NCBI GenBank assembly: GCA_963719495.1
Contig: CAVRCI010000015.1
Span: 114,948 to 178,947, forward strand
Direction of reading: 5' to 3'
Length of the DNA: 64,000 nucleotides
Source: an uncultured Verrucomicrobiae bacterium
GTDB lineage: Bacteria > Verrucomicrobiota > Verrucomicrobiia > Chthoniobacterales > JAATET01
Part shown: piece by piece, positions 50,423 through 60,600 of the stretch
How positions within the stretch are numbered: the first letter of the stretch is position 1
Layout: each line of letters begins with the position of its first letter
Program-made: the position numbers and the translations under genes
The notes under the pieces: model-generated
What the model saw: the letters and a program-made list of their open reading frames with translations, nothing else
Told to the model about the DNA's origin: nothing
Database searches by the model: none

Positions 50423-50796
50423 GTGAGAAAAATAACCCCGAATGTGACGAATGTGCGCCAGATAACTCTGAAGCTTCACCCCCAAGTAAAAATGCGAAGG
50501 ACGCGAAAGAAGCGACCGATGCAAGCGGGAAGAAAGAGAAAAGCGGGAAGACATTCGTCCGACTAGAAATCTCGAAAAGGGAGCTTGATAAGTTGGTTTC
50601 TGCCATGGAGAAGGCGATCCCGGCAGCCAAATTTGGAGGTTTGGCCATCCTCCGGAAGCGCGTTTATGACCTCCTCGAAATGGGAATCGAAGATCTCGCT
50701 TTGAACGGGTGGAAGGAAGATCGTCCGGCTCCCGAAACGATCCGGACTCCTTCTCAGCCCGCTGCTAGCGAAATCGATCAGGAGACTTCTTCATGA
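50419..50796 (+). CDS. Small hypothetical protein, RHH-like core
   Basis: ATGA overlaps at both ends; TFVRLEISKRELDKLV...RKRVYDLLEMGI. Confidence 0.55.
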   Translation: MSEKNNPECDECAPDNSEASPPSKNAKDAKEATDASGKKEKSGKTFVRLEISKRELDKLVSAMEKAIPAAKFGGLAILRKRVYDLLEMGIEDLALNGWKEDRPAPETIRTPSQPAASEIDQETSS

Positions 50797-52877
50797 GCAA
50801 ATCATTAAATCTGCATGAAATGCTCGCCCATGCTGCAAGCATTCTACATTTGCCTTACATACCTGGCCTGTTTGGCGGAGGGGCGAAAGTCCTTGTGGGC
50901 ATGTGGCTGCTCCTTTCCAGACGCCAGCCAGACTTTGCGAAAACCGTATCCGCGTGGCTAGTTGCCAATCCTCCTTCCGCTGATACCAAAGCGCCCGCGC
51001 TGGTTCTTGATCCTCTCGGCGCTCTATTCGGCAGCAGGCCGCTCCAAGATTGGGACAAATGGCGCCGGTCTCCGGTTCCGCTCCGAGAAGAAATCTATAG
51101 TCCTTTTTTCAGTAGGTTGATCGAGGCGCATCTCAAGATCGTGATCGAGACGTGCGTGGCAAACGATGTCGAGGCGGCACTCCCGCTAAAAGATCCGACT
51201 CTCGTCCATCGTCTGTGGCAGCAAGGCGTGCATCTTACGGCAATCTCGACTTGTCCAATTGGTAGCGACATCGATTCCGAAAAGGTTCGGGCTTTAGCAG
51301 TCGTATCGCTTAAAGGACCACAGCCATCGCTGCCGAAGCAGATCAATGGAAATTGGGCATCCTCGACAATTCACCGGAGGCAAGGTGGGCCCCTCGTTTT
51401 GCGGCGGCGGTATGAGCTTCTTGGTATCGACGATCCCTGCGAAGTTTCCGCAGCAGCCTATCGCTGGCTGGAGGGATTATCCAAGGGTGGCGGGGAAACC
51501 TCAGATCTTGTGCAGCGTCTCAAGGGCTATGGCAACGAAGATATCCGACTTGTCTTGAACGAAGGAGGGATCGGAGCAGGACATTTTGTGGATCTGGCTC
51601 GATCTGCGATCAATCAAGTGACCGCGCTAGGGAGTGTTCCACCAATTGGCGCCTCTGCTGCGGCTCTGATGTTTTGTGCCTTTGTCCTTCCGGAGAATAT
51701 CCGCGACGTAGAGTGCTCCGTGGCAGGAGACTGCATCATCGTCAAAAGCCCCTTGGTTGCATCCGCCGAATACCGAGAGTGGGATCCGACGTTGTTGCTC
51801 CCGCAGGCTGCTCCATTCCTCCGCGCCGTCCCAGCGGGAATCGGTCACTGCCTCACGAGACTTCAGAGTCTGCCCCCAGAACTCATTCGCCAAGAATTGA
51901 CGCTCTTTTTGCGGACAATCGATCCTGCGATGTCGATCGAGATGGTGCTCCGGTTTTTGACCAGTCAAGCATCTCTGTGTTTATCACTGCCTCGAACCTT
52001 TTCCGCGTTTGGTTTCGCCCCCGACGGCAAACCTTTAGCGTTTGGCGGTTGGCTAGCCTACGCGCGCCACGATCCGGAGTCCGCGACGCGCATGGCTACT
52101 CCATATTATGATGCAATCGGACTTGATCCGGTCCAGTTGACGGAAGCCTCAAGGGGATTAACGACGTGTGGGAGCGGAGCCGTGATGACAAACGAAGTAT
52201 CGTCTTTTCTTTTTTCAACTCTGACTGATCGACTTGCATGTGCCAATCGCGTCGAAAGTGGAGATTGTCGCCTGCGCTCTCTCGCCCGCTGGAATGGAAC
52301 CGTGGCTCTATACGCGCTGGCCCTTCAGGCACTATGCTTTCGCCGCCCCTATCCATTCGAGTTGCCCGAAGTGACAGGCGTTTCACACATTATTTCGCTC
52401 ACCCACGCAGAGCTGGAATATGAGAAAATTGGACCTCGTCGGATCTCGGTGTCGCCGATTGCCTCTGATCTCTCGCGCCTCATGTATCGTCGCTGGTCCG
52501 AGGTCTACGAGCACTTCTCGCCGGAACCATCGGCGCGCTGGCCTAGATTCTCTTGCGGAGCGTTTCTGTCGCTCCCGAACGAAAACATTCTGCCGAGAGC
52601 ATCGACCTACGCTTCTGCCCTTGAAATTACCCGGGCGCTCGCGCACGACGCCGAGTTGTGCGGGTATAAGCGACTTTTCCCCGGCTGTGCGAGGCACACC
52701 GCTGATTTCGCCCTGCGAATGGCGGGTTTTACAGAATCTCAAATTGACCTTCTCTCGGACCATTCCGCAGAGCGTAGCCGGGCGCGCCTTGGAGGAAATT
52801 CCCTGGAAGGTCCACCTTCGAGCGAGTTGCACGCTCGTGGAGAACTGGCCGTCGCCCGACACTTGGGAATTCGATGA
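50793..52877 (+). CDS. Large protein with degenerate C-terminal tyrosine-recombinase fold (no visible catalytic Tyr)
   Basis: LCFRRP, EK..PRRISV, CARHTADFALRMAGFTESQIDLLSDH; no Tyr between this His and the stop. Confidence 0.6.
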   Translation: MSKSLNLHEMLAHAASILHLPYIPGLFGGGAKVLVGMWLLLSRRQPDFAKTVSAWLVANPPSADTKAPALVLDPLGALFGSRPLQDWDKWRRSPVPLREEIYSPFFSRLIEAHLKIVIETCVANDVEAALPLKDPTLVHRLWQQGVHLTAISTCPIGSDIDSEKVRALAVVSLKGPQPSLPKQINGNWASSTIHRRQGGPLVLRRRYELLGIDDPCEVSAAAYRWLEGLSKGGGETSDLVQRLKGYGNEDIRLVLNEGGIGAGHFVDLARSAINQVTALGSVPPIGASAAALMFCAFVLPENIRDVECSVAGDCIIVKSPLVASAEYREWDPTLLLPQAAPFLRAVPAGIGHCLTRLQSLPPELIRQELTLFLRTIDPAMSIEMVLRFLTSQASLCLSLPRTFSAFGFAPDGKPLAFGGWLAYARHDPESATRMATPYYDAIGLDPVQLTEASRGLTTCGSGAVMTNEVSSFLFSTLTDRLACANRVESGDCRLRSLARWNGTVALYALALQALCFRRPYPFELPEVTGVSHIISLTHAELEYEKIGPRRISVSPIASDLSRLMYRRWSEVYEHFSPEPSARWPRFSCGAFLSLPNENILPRASTYASALEITRALAHDAELCGYKRLFPGCARHTADFALRMAGFTESQIDLLSDHSAERSRARLGGNSLEGPPSSELHARGELAVARHLGIR

Positions 52878-54607
52878 GGACAGCGCTCAATGCCGAGGAG
52901 CACAATGTTGGCTCCACGCCGAGGGATAGAGATTCGGGAAGACAAATTCTTGAGCGTTTAAGAATCGCTTCCAGCCAAGGCGATCAGCTCGCGAAGGCCA
53001 TTTTGCGAGCCCACGCCCTCTTCTTGGGAATCCTGGGGCTGACGGCACTGGCGAAGTCCAAAGGCGACCTCAAAACCCAGGCATGGCTGGAGCTTCACTC
53101 CCCTCAGGAACGCCACAAGACCGACGGATATGTCCTTCCGGTTCCAAACCTGTGGATCGATCTCGTGCCTGGTTGGCGCCGATCTCTGCGCTCGATGCTC
53201 AGCTCGGAGAAGGCGTGTCGCGAAATCCTGGAGCGATGGAAAATTGTCGAGAGTCGGCGAGTTCGAGATAGTTGGCGATGGTTCGCGAGATGTCTCGAAG
53301 CGACGCTGTTGGATGATACCCCGACGAGTCAGCTTCTCATCGGCATCGCGAATTTTCGCCGAGATGCGGCAGTTCCCGCCGTCGTCTCCCTGGATACTCC
53401 ATTTGTGAATCGAGGCGTGCGGACCGGACACGTGCGAGCTGCGTCAAACCCTCTGCGATCCGCCCTTCGGGCACGAAGGAAAGGCAGTGATGCAGAAGTC
53501 GTGATACCTACTTTTGAGGACCTCGCTCAGCTCGATGATCCGATCGCCAAGCTCGCATCGCTCTTGCTCGCGAATGAACTCTCGGCTCCCAGCGAGACAG
53601 ATCGCTCAGGCGGTCGGGCGGAGCGCTATTCGCGAGCCCAGGAGGAGGCGCTGCGCTCCTCGCAATCAGGAGATCTTTTGGAGATTTCGCCAGTGCTTCG
53701 AATCGCCTGGACTACAATCGGCACGCAATGGCCTGCGCTGCGTCCCCACTTTTCGAGGGAGGAATTGGCCCTGTTAGAGCCTGTCGTCGATCGGCCTCTC
53801 GAGGAAATCTTTATCAAGTCGCGGATGACCAACGCAGGGGCATTCAATCTAATCCCGCCCTCGCAAGCTTTGCAGCCTTACCACCGCTCTTTCGACCCTA
53901 CTGGGAGCCTCGCAGACCTCGTTCATTGGGCATTTTACCGTTTGATGTGTCGTTGTGGCTGCCGAGCGTCGGACCTGTTTTGCATCAACTCGACGCGCTT
54001 CAGTGGTGTGGGAACCCATCATATGTGCCTCACATTACCGCACACCAAAACGACAGGCCGTCGCGTCCTCCCAATCGGCGTCGCGATGCCTCCACGCGAG
54101 ATTGACCAGTTTCAGGCCCTGCTGGGCCGTTTCGAGGGCAATCCCGCCGATTGGTTTCCGCTCATCATGACAGGCGGAGCGGCGGAGCGTTGGTTGAAGG
54201 GTCCGGAACGGTGGGAGAATGACTTCGCGTATGCCGATTTCCGCCGGGCGATCGCTCCCGCTGGTATTGATTATCTTCCCACGCACACTCCTCGCCACGC
54301 GTTTGCAACTGCGGTCGGGCTCTTCGCCGCGGCCCAATTACTCGGTGATTTTGATCGTGATTTTTTCCGTATGTGGACTCAGGACCCTGCGGTCTTGGCA
54401 ATTGCCGAGTCTCATGTTCCGGATTTCCATAGGGCGCTCGACGATTCCATTCTGTTGGCGAATCAAATCATGGGGCACAAAACCCCCGCTCAGTTCATTG
54501 GCACATACTGCCATGCCTGGCCATTGATCTTGGGGGCTGCGGCGGAACGGCGCCTTCCAAATGTGATCCCATGGGCAAGCCTGCAAGCAGCTCAGGAAGC
54601 AGCCTGA
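52874..54607 (+). CDS. Tyrosine recombinase with long unknown N-terminal region
   Basis: CGCRASD (R), PHTKT..RRVLPI (K), HTPRHAFA (HxxR), IMGH, GTYCH (Y). Confidence 0.85.
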   Translation: MRTALNAEEHNVGSTPRDRDSGRQILERLRIASSQGDQLAKAILRAHALFLGILGLTALAKSKGDLKTQAWLELHSPQERHKTDGYVLPVPNLWIDLVPGWRRSLRSMLSSEKACREILERWKIVESRRVRDSWRWFARCLEATLLDDTPTSQLLIGIANFRRDAAVPAVVSLDTPFVNRGVRTGHVRAASNPLRSALRARRKGSDAEVVIPTFEDLAQLDDPIAKLASLLLANELSAPSETDRSGGRAERYSRAQEEALRSSQSGDLLEISPVLRIAWTTIGTQWPALRPHFSREELALLEPVVDRPLEEIFIKSRMTNAGAFNLIPPSQALQPYHRSFDPTGSLADLVHWAFYRLMCRCGCRASDLFCINSTRFSGVGTHHMCLTLPHTKTTGRRVLPIGVAMPPREIDQFQALLGRFEGNPADWFPLIMTGGAAERWLKGPERWENDFAYADFRRAIAPAGIDYLPTHTPRHAFATAVGLFAAAQLLGDFDRDFFRMWTQDPAVLAIAESHVPDFHRALDDSILLANQIMGHKTPAQFIGTYCHAWPLILGAAAERRLPNVIPWASLQAAQEAA

Positions 54608-54677
54608 GAGGTGCGAACCCTTAAAAAGGCCCTGATTTGCAGCCTAGAGAATCAGCGATTCCAGACTCCAATCGCAC

Positions 54678-54841
54678 CCAGCATGCGATCAGAAACTTTC
54701 TGAGCCTTCTCTGATTGCACCCTGAGGAGTCGCAGAACGGCTTCGGAAAAATTCTGATGAATCGCTGATCGGAGCCTGAACCATCTCAGATATGATTCAG
54801 AAAATTTCTGATCAGAGCCTGGCTTCCGCCTGAATGGCTGA
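54678..54841. repeat. Helically phased array: three 54-bp units each with a TCAG-N7-CTGA palindrome
   Basis: tcagaaactttctga 54689, tcggaaaaattctga 54743, tcagaaaatttctga 54797; CTGA at 54700/711/722, 54754/765/776, 54808/(819 ctgg)/830. Confidence 0.8.
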
Positions 54842-55014
54842 TTCCCCTCCCTTCCAGTAACCGCAGATATCGATGGTTCTACAGAGTAAATCGCGACTCC
54901 ACGGCCCGAAGAACGGATTTGCGATGATTTAGCCGGTTCGAGGCTGGGAGCAACCACCCGGGCTTCGAGTTTCAGTTTTCCGCCCGTGACGGTTTCAGTT
55001 TTTGCCGAGCGAGG

Positions 55015-55780
55015 TCACTTCGCCAATACATTGAGGGTCTTTGTCACAAGTGGAGCGGGCGTAATCGCATCGCCTTCTCGGAGCAGGGCATTGGCATTCA
55101 AAATGACCACCGTAGTGTCCGCAAACTGGTTGGAGGTGACCTCGACGTTCCGGCCAAAATTGCGGCCCGGATCGACTTCGAGGAAGTGAGCTTTGTTCTT
55201 CACCACCGTAGCGACTAGGGATACTCCCTGCCGGAGAATGAGGGCATTTGAGGGAACAAGGTAGGTTCTATCGGTCGGGTCGAGTTGGAAGGATGCCGTC
55301 CCAGTGAGCCCGGCCGGGATGGCGAGGTCTTGACTTTGCAAAAGAAGTTCGGTGCGCATTGTGCCGGAGGCCGCATCAAAGAGTTCGCTGGAGTGGGCGA
55401 CTCCGACGAGAATTTCCGGGCCGGGAAATTCTTTGAAGCGCACGGTGGCACGACTGTCCGGCGTCAGCTTGAGGGCGAGGTCCGGGGTGGCGCTGATGAC
55501 GAATCGGGGGGTGTCGAGTCGGTTGAGTTGGTAAAGCCATCTATCAGCCGGGGCGGCGTCGCCACGCACGAGGTCACCTCGGTCGAAATTGCGAGCCGAG
55601 ATCACCGCGTCGAAGGGGGCGCGAACGGTGAGAAACCGTTGCTGCTCGACGAGACGGGCGAGTTCCGCTTCGGCCACCCGCACGGCGGCAGCGGCTTCCA
55701 CGGCGGTGGTCGCTCTTTGCTCGGATTCTTCCGCGGAGACGACTTTGGATTTAAGTAACTGAGAGGAACGGGCGGCTCGC
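55015..55780 (-). pseudogene. 5'-truncated RND efflux membrane-fusion (periplasmic adaptor) gene
   Basis: VRAPFDAVISARNFDRGDLV, SGTMRTE, PGLTG, VPSNAL, GRNFG; signal anchor and N-terminal lipoyl half missing; no RND partner. Confidence 0.75.
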
Positions 55781-55917
55781 GGAATCTGTAAGAGACTGAA
55801 AAACAGGCATCTATGAAAATAGCCTCGTTTCGCGCTAACGTCGGCGAAAGCCTCCTGTAAATCCCAATCGTTCCGTAAAGCGTTCCGCAGTCGCGTCTCG
55901 GCGGCTGTTGTCGTAGG

Positions 55918-57516
55918 GTGCCTGACTTGAGAATGGATCAGGACTCTTTACCTACGACCTACGGAGAATCCCACGAGATCGACCAGCTTGCTGTCCGAAA
56001 ATTTGAATCTTTGATGCCGCCTTCTTGGCTTCTCAGACGGCAGCACCCCGACTTCGCAGTCGATTATCAAGTCGAGATCGTTGAAGGCGAGCCGACCGGA
56101 TTCCGTTTCGCTGCTCAAATCAAAGGCGCGCGTCATCGGGGTCGGGTCAAACTGCAACGCAAGATCTCCACGAAAACTCTGCGTTATCTCCGTGACGCAG
56201 AGCGCCTTCCTGCTTTCATTTTCCTCATTGATGTAGATCGAGGAAGCGCGCACTGGGTCTTTGCACAACAGTATCTTCTTGAAAAAGTTCCGCTCGCCCG
56301 CCTCCGACAACGAACGGTGACCGTTCGATTCAGCGAAGAGAACGACCTATCGGACCTGCAAAAGTTCCGGCAGTTCCTGATTAGAGCTGGGAAATACGTG
56401 AACGATCTTTTTCCCGGCACGCCGCTCGCGGCGATTTGCAAACGGAAAGATGACCTTGAGCGACTCGATCCGCGGATGGGGGTGACAGTTTCCATGCTGG
56501 AAGGCCGCGAGCACATCGAGATCGAGCCTCGCGAGTCCTTGTCCATTGCGAGGATTATTGCGGGAGATAACACCCGACATGCCGTCGCGGTAGATTCGTT
56601 CGTGCGACATGGTGAACCTCTGGAAATTCCACCCCAGAACATTCAGGTTGACTCACCCCTGTTAGAGGCTCTCCTCGCCGAATGCCGCGGAGAAGCGATG
56701 CTTGTGCAACCGCTGAAACATCCCGGCACGGTAAGGCTTGAGTTTGACACGAGCCAAGAGGCGAGTTCTCTACTCCACATTGATGGGAGTTGGCGGATAG
56801 GAACGGAGTCGCTGACTTTCACAGGATCACTTCCCGGAACACCGCTGACGGTAGAATCGCGGATAGTGCCGACTGACTTCGTCTCCCGGAAAGAACTCTT
56901 TGTATCCCTCGGATTCAACTGGCAGCGCTGGGAAGGTCGCAGGCTCACGGCGCTGCCGTGGTTTGCGGAGATTCAGCGATTGGTAACTCAGATAGCGGAC
57001 GGTCTGCCCGTTCGGATTTCGTGGTTCCTGGATGGAAACGGTCTATGTCAGGCCGAACTAAATGACACACCTGATCTCGAAGCGGGTATTCAGACGCTCG
57101 CTTGGTTTGGTCGATGTCGGGAAATCTGTAGACGCTTTAGGATCGACGCAATTCTCCCTTCGATCAGTCAACTCACTTCAGAGGCTCTGAGAGAGACCGA
57201 CCGTATCGCGGAACTCATCGAAGGTCGCGAGCTGCAATTCACGATCCCCCCGCAGCCATTTACGATCAATTTTTCGACCAAGACTGACCTGCCGTCGCGC
57301 AAACCGGATTCACCAGAATCTCAAACGCGGTTCGATATCGTGTCTCCGAAAGTTTTCCAGTTTTTCGGGAAGGAAATCGTTCTGCCAAATTTGAAACAGT
57401 CTTTCGAGAACGTTGAATTGATCGATGAAAAGATCGAAGGCCGAAAGGTTAGTCTGTTCTGGCAGGCTACAGCCCGTTCAATTCTCATGTATCGGTGGCT
57501 GGATGCAGAAGATTGA
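55918..57516 (+). CDS. DUF4365-domain (PD-(D/E)XK nuclease-like) protein
   Basis: PDFAVDYQVEI..TGFRFAAQIKG; TLRYL...LPAFIFLID. Confidence 0.75.
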   Translation: MPDLRMDQDSLPTTYGESHEIDQLAVRKFESLMPPSWLLRRQHPDFAVDYQVEIVEGEPTGFRFAAQIKGARHRGRVKLQRKISTKTLRYLRDAERLPAFIFLIDVDRGSAHWVFAQQYLLEKVPLARLRQRTVTVRFSEENDLSDLQKFRQFLIRAGKYVNDLFPGTPLAAICKRKDDLERLDPRMGVTVSMLEGREHIEIEPRESLSIARIIAGDNTRHAVAVDSFVRHGEPLEIPPQNIQVDSPLLEALLAECRGEAMLVQPLKHPGTVRLEFDTSQEASSLLHIDGSWRIGTESLTFTGSLPGTPLTVESRIVPTDFVSRKELFVSLGFNWQRWEGRRLTALPWFAEIQRLVTQIADGLPVRISWFLDGNGLCQAELNDTPDLEAGIQTLAWFGRCREICRRFRIDAILPSISQLTSEALRETDRIAELIEGRELQFTIPPQPFTINFSTKTDLPSRKPDSPESQTRFDIVSPKVFQFFGKEIVLPNLKQSFENVELIDEKIEGRKVSLFWQATARSILMYRWLDAED

Positions 57517-57633
57517 GCGATTTTTCAGCGTCCGCTAGGGGCGTCTACGTAGTTGGCGTGTCTCCGCGGAGATCTATGGGCCGCTCTTCCGGATGTGGCG
57601 AATTCTCCAAATTTGATATATTCCAGTCATTGG

Positions 57634-60600
57634 ATGTCGTTGCTCCCACCTATCAAAAATACGTCAGGGGAAGGCTTTGCTGTTGAAGACCGAATCGTAG
57701 CGCTCCTCGCAGCTCACATGGTTGCAGGAGTTTCATGGCAGGGGGCCGGAAACGGTGCGATTCGTGCCATTCAGTGTCAAATGAGACAAGACGGTTGGCT
57801 GTTTGATGACGTGGTTCTCCGTCTGGAGCACAACGGAATTGAGCGGAAGTGTGCATGTTCGATCAAAAGCCACGCAGTTTTTGGCAAACGCGGTGCGCCG
57901 CGGGAATTTGCAACAGCGCTATGGGATCAATGGCGAACGGATTCGTCGTCAGGTTTTCAAAGGGATACCGACTCGATTACGCTGATCTCCGCCCAACACG
58001 AGCCGGATACCCGGGAGGCGTGGTTTGGTCTCACGGACGCGGCACGGTCGATGCCACCAGAGATGCTGGCGCGGCGATGTAGAGATGGTTTGGAGTCCTC
58101 CCCGATTCGACGAGCAGCGTTTGAAAGTCTCGTTCGGGCCTGCAAATCTGGAGATCCAGCGGACATCTCGATCGATACCGCGGAGATGTTGGAACGATTT
58201 CGCCTTGTGGAGCACGACTTTCAGCATGCTGAATCGCACAGCGCGACTCACGCTATTTTGCTTTGTCAGCAAGTCCTTGCGGACGACTCCCGAAATCGAG
58301 CGACCGAACTTTGGGAAGCACTCAGCAGTCATTCTGCCGCTGTCAGGAGGAAGGGGGGATCGATAACCTTGCCAAGCCTTTTGTCGGTTATCGCATCTCG
58401 ATTTCCGTTGAAACAACATCCGCACTTTGCGTCTGACTGGTCAGCGATCCTGGCCCAAAGCCGAAGGCGAATGGAGATCTTACCGGCCAAAATCGGTGGG
58501 TTCCATCATGTCGAACGCCTAGAGCTATTGGAACGAGTGACTCATACGGCGGACGAAGAAGGAGTCGTCGTAGTTCTGGGCGATTCCGGCAATGGAAAAA
58601 GTGTGCTCGCTCGGCAATGGGCTATCTCTGGGGATGCGGTCTGGCTTCGCGCGGGCGATCTCGCGACGAATGGGGGGCTGCGTGCATGTTTTGGGCTATC
58701 GCACGGCATCTCTGAACTCTTTTCGAATGTCGGCCAGCCGATTCGCCTCGTGCTCGATGGTCTCGACAAATGCTTCGATGAGACAGCCTTCGATGAGGCG
58801 GCGCTCGTTCTGCGATCCGCTCTCGCAGCCGACTGTCAAAATCGGTGGAAGGTAGTCCTGACTTGCTGCCCCGAAGATTGGGAACGCGTGTATCGTGAAC
58901 TCATCCGCCGAGAGGTCGTCCTAACTGGGGAGAAGGTGAATGTGGGACGTCTCACCGATGAGGAGCTACGGGACGTTTGTGGAAAGGTGCCCACGCTTCG
59001 TCTGCTCGGTCAGCGTCCCCACTTGCATCCGATTCTTCGGTGGCCCAAGGCGCTCGATCTCGTGGCCTCCTATTGGCAGGCAGGCACGGCGTCGCTGCCG
59101 TGGGCGTCGGAGTCCGATTTCGCTCGGTGGTTTTGGAGAAGCATCATCTGCAAAGATGAGGTGGCGGGCATCCGTGGTCGCGTGGTCCGCAAACTCGCGG
59201 TGCAGCTTGCGGATCGCATGGCGGCGACGGTGCCGCTTGATGACTTTTCGCCGGAAGAAAGCGAAGCTCTTTCGGGGCTTGCAAAGGAAGGGCACCTTGA
59301 GGTCGATCCGAATCGGTGCACTGTCCGGTTTGCACACGAGCTTGTGGCTGACTGGGCTCGGCAGCAAGAGCTGGTAACTCGGGGCGATTCTGCCGGGAAG
59401 TTTTTGGGATCCCGCCTGCTTTCGCCCTTCTGGCATCGAGCATTGCGTTTCCACGGTCTCGATCTTCTCGAGACAGACGCGACGGCCGATTCGTGGCAGC
59501 GACTCTACCGGGTGTTTTCGGGAGCAACGTCAGGCGATGAAATGGCCCAGAATCTCCTGCTCGAAGCACCAATCTTCGCCGCACGACAGCGGGCGGTTCT
59601 CGATCGCCTTTGGCCTGCCCTCGAAGTCGATGATGGGAAACTGCTCAAGCGATTTTTGAGGCAATTTTTGCAGGTTGCCACCATTCCCGACGCCGCAATT
59701 CTCGCGAACTTCCCGGACCGTGGTGCGGAATATCAATTGGAACTGGCAGCTCGCTATCGATTGCCTTGGTGGCCTTATTGGATCGGAGTGCTTTCATTTC
59801 TCGCCGCGCACGCGGAGCGAGTGACGACATTGGCGAGGGAGGAAGTCGCCGACGTATGTTTGCTTTGGCTGCCGCTCCATCAAATGATGGACATTGGAAT
59901 GGATCACGCCGGGGCGCTCGCAATTGTCTCGGCTCGTCAGGTTTATCGGAGTGGCGAGCGGTGGCATGCGGCGCACCATCGGGTGAGTGCCGAGGAGAAG
60001 GCTTGCCAAGCGCTTCTCGCGGCGGCTCCGCAGTGTCCTGATGAAGTCACCGACCTTGCTTTGAAGTTTTGCGGACGACGTTTTCCTGATCCCGAGGAGG
60101 GTTTGCCCGGCGAGGAACACTACGCCCCGTCTCGATTTATCCCCGACCTCGGACCAGTGGTGCCTTGGCCGGATGGGCCACAGCGCCCGTGCGCTAGGAT
60201 TTTCCGCAACGCGTTCATGGATTGCAATCGATCCGCGCCGTTCCTTGAAGCGCTGCCGGAAGTCGCCGCCGAAGTGATGTTCGCAGTGTTGCTGAACCGC
60301 CCACGGGCCAATCGGAACCCCCACGATCAGCACTACGACATCGATGAGCATGGGTTCACGCGGAGCGGATTGCTGGACGATTCGTGCTTCTGGATCAGCG
60401 GACCATTCCTCACGTTTCTCCGATCGAGTCCATCGGTCGCTCTCCCGGCGATTGTGCGACTGGTTAATTTTGCGACGGACCGAGGTGCGGAGATCGGCGA
60501 AGAGATGCGTCCTTATCAAAGCGTTTCTGTTGTCGTTGAAGGGGAGACTCACGAATGGCGGGGACATCAATTTTCGTATGTCTGGCACCAAGGGCACGTT

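Noticed and set aside
54652..54957. 101-aa minus-strand ORF over the phased array
   Set aside because: Conservation follows an 11-bp DNA phase and palindromy rather than codons; no recognisable protein features; not fully excluded
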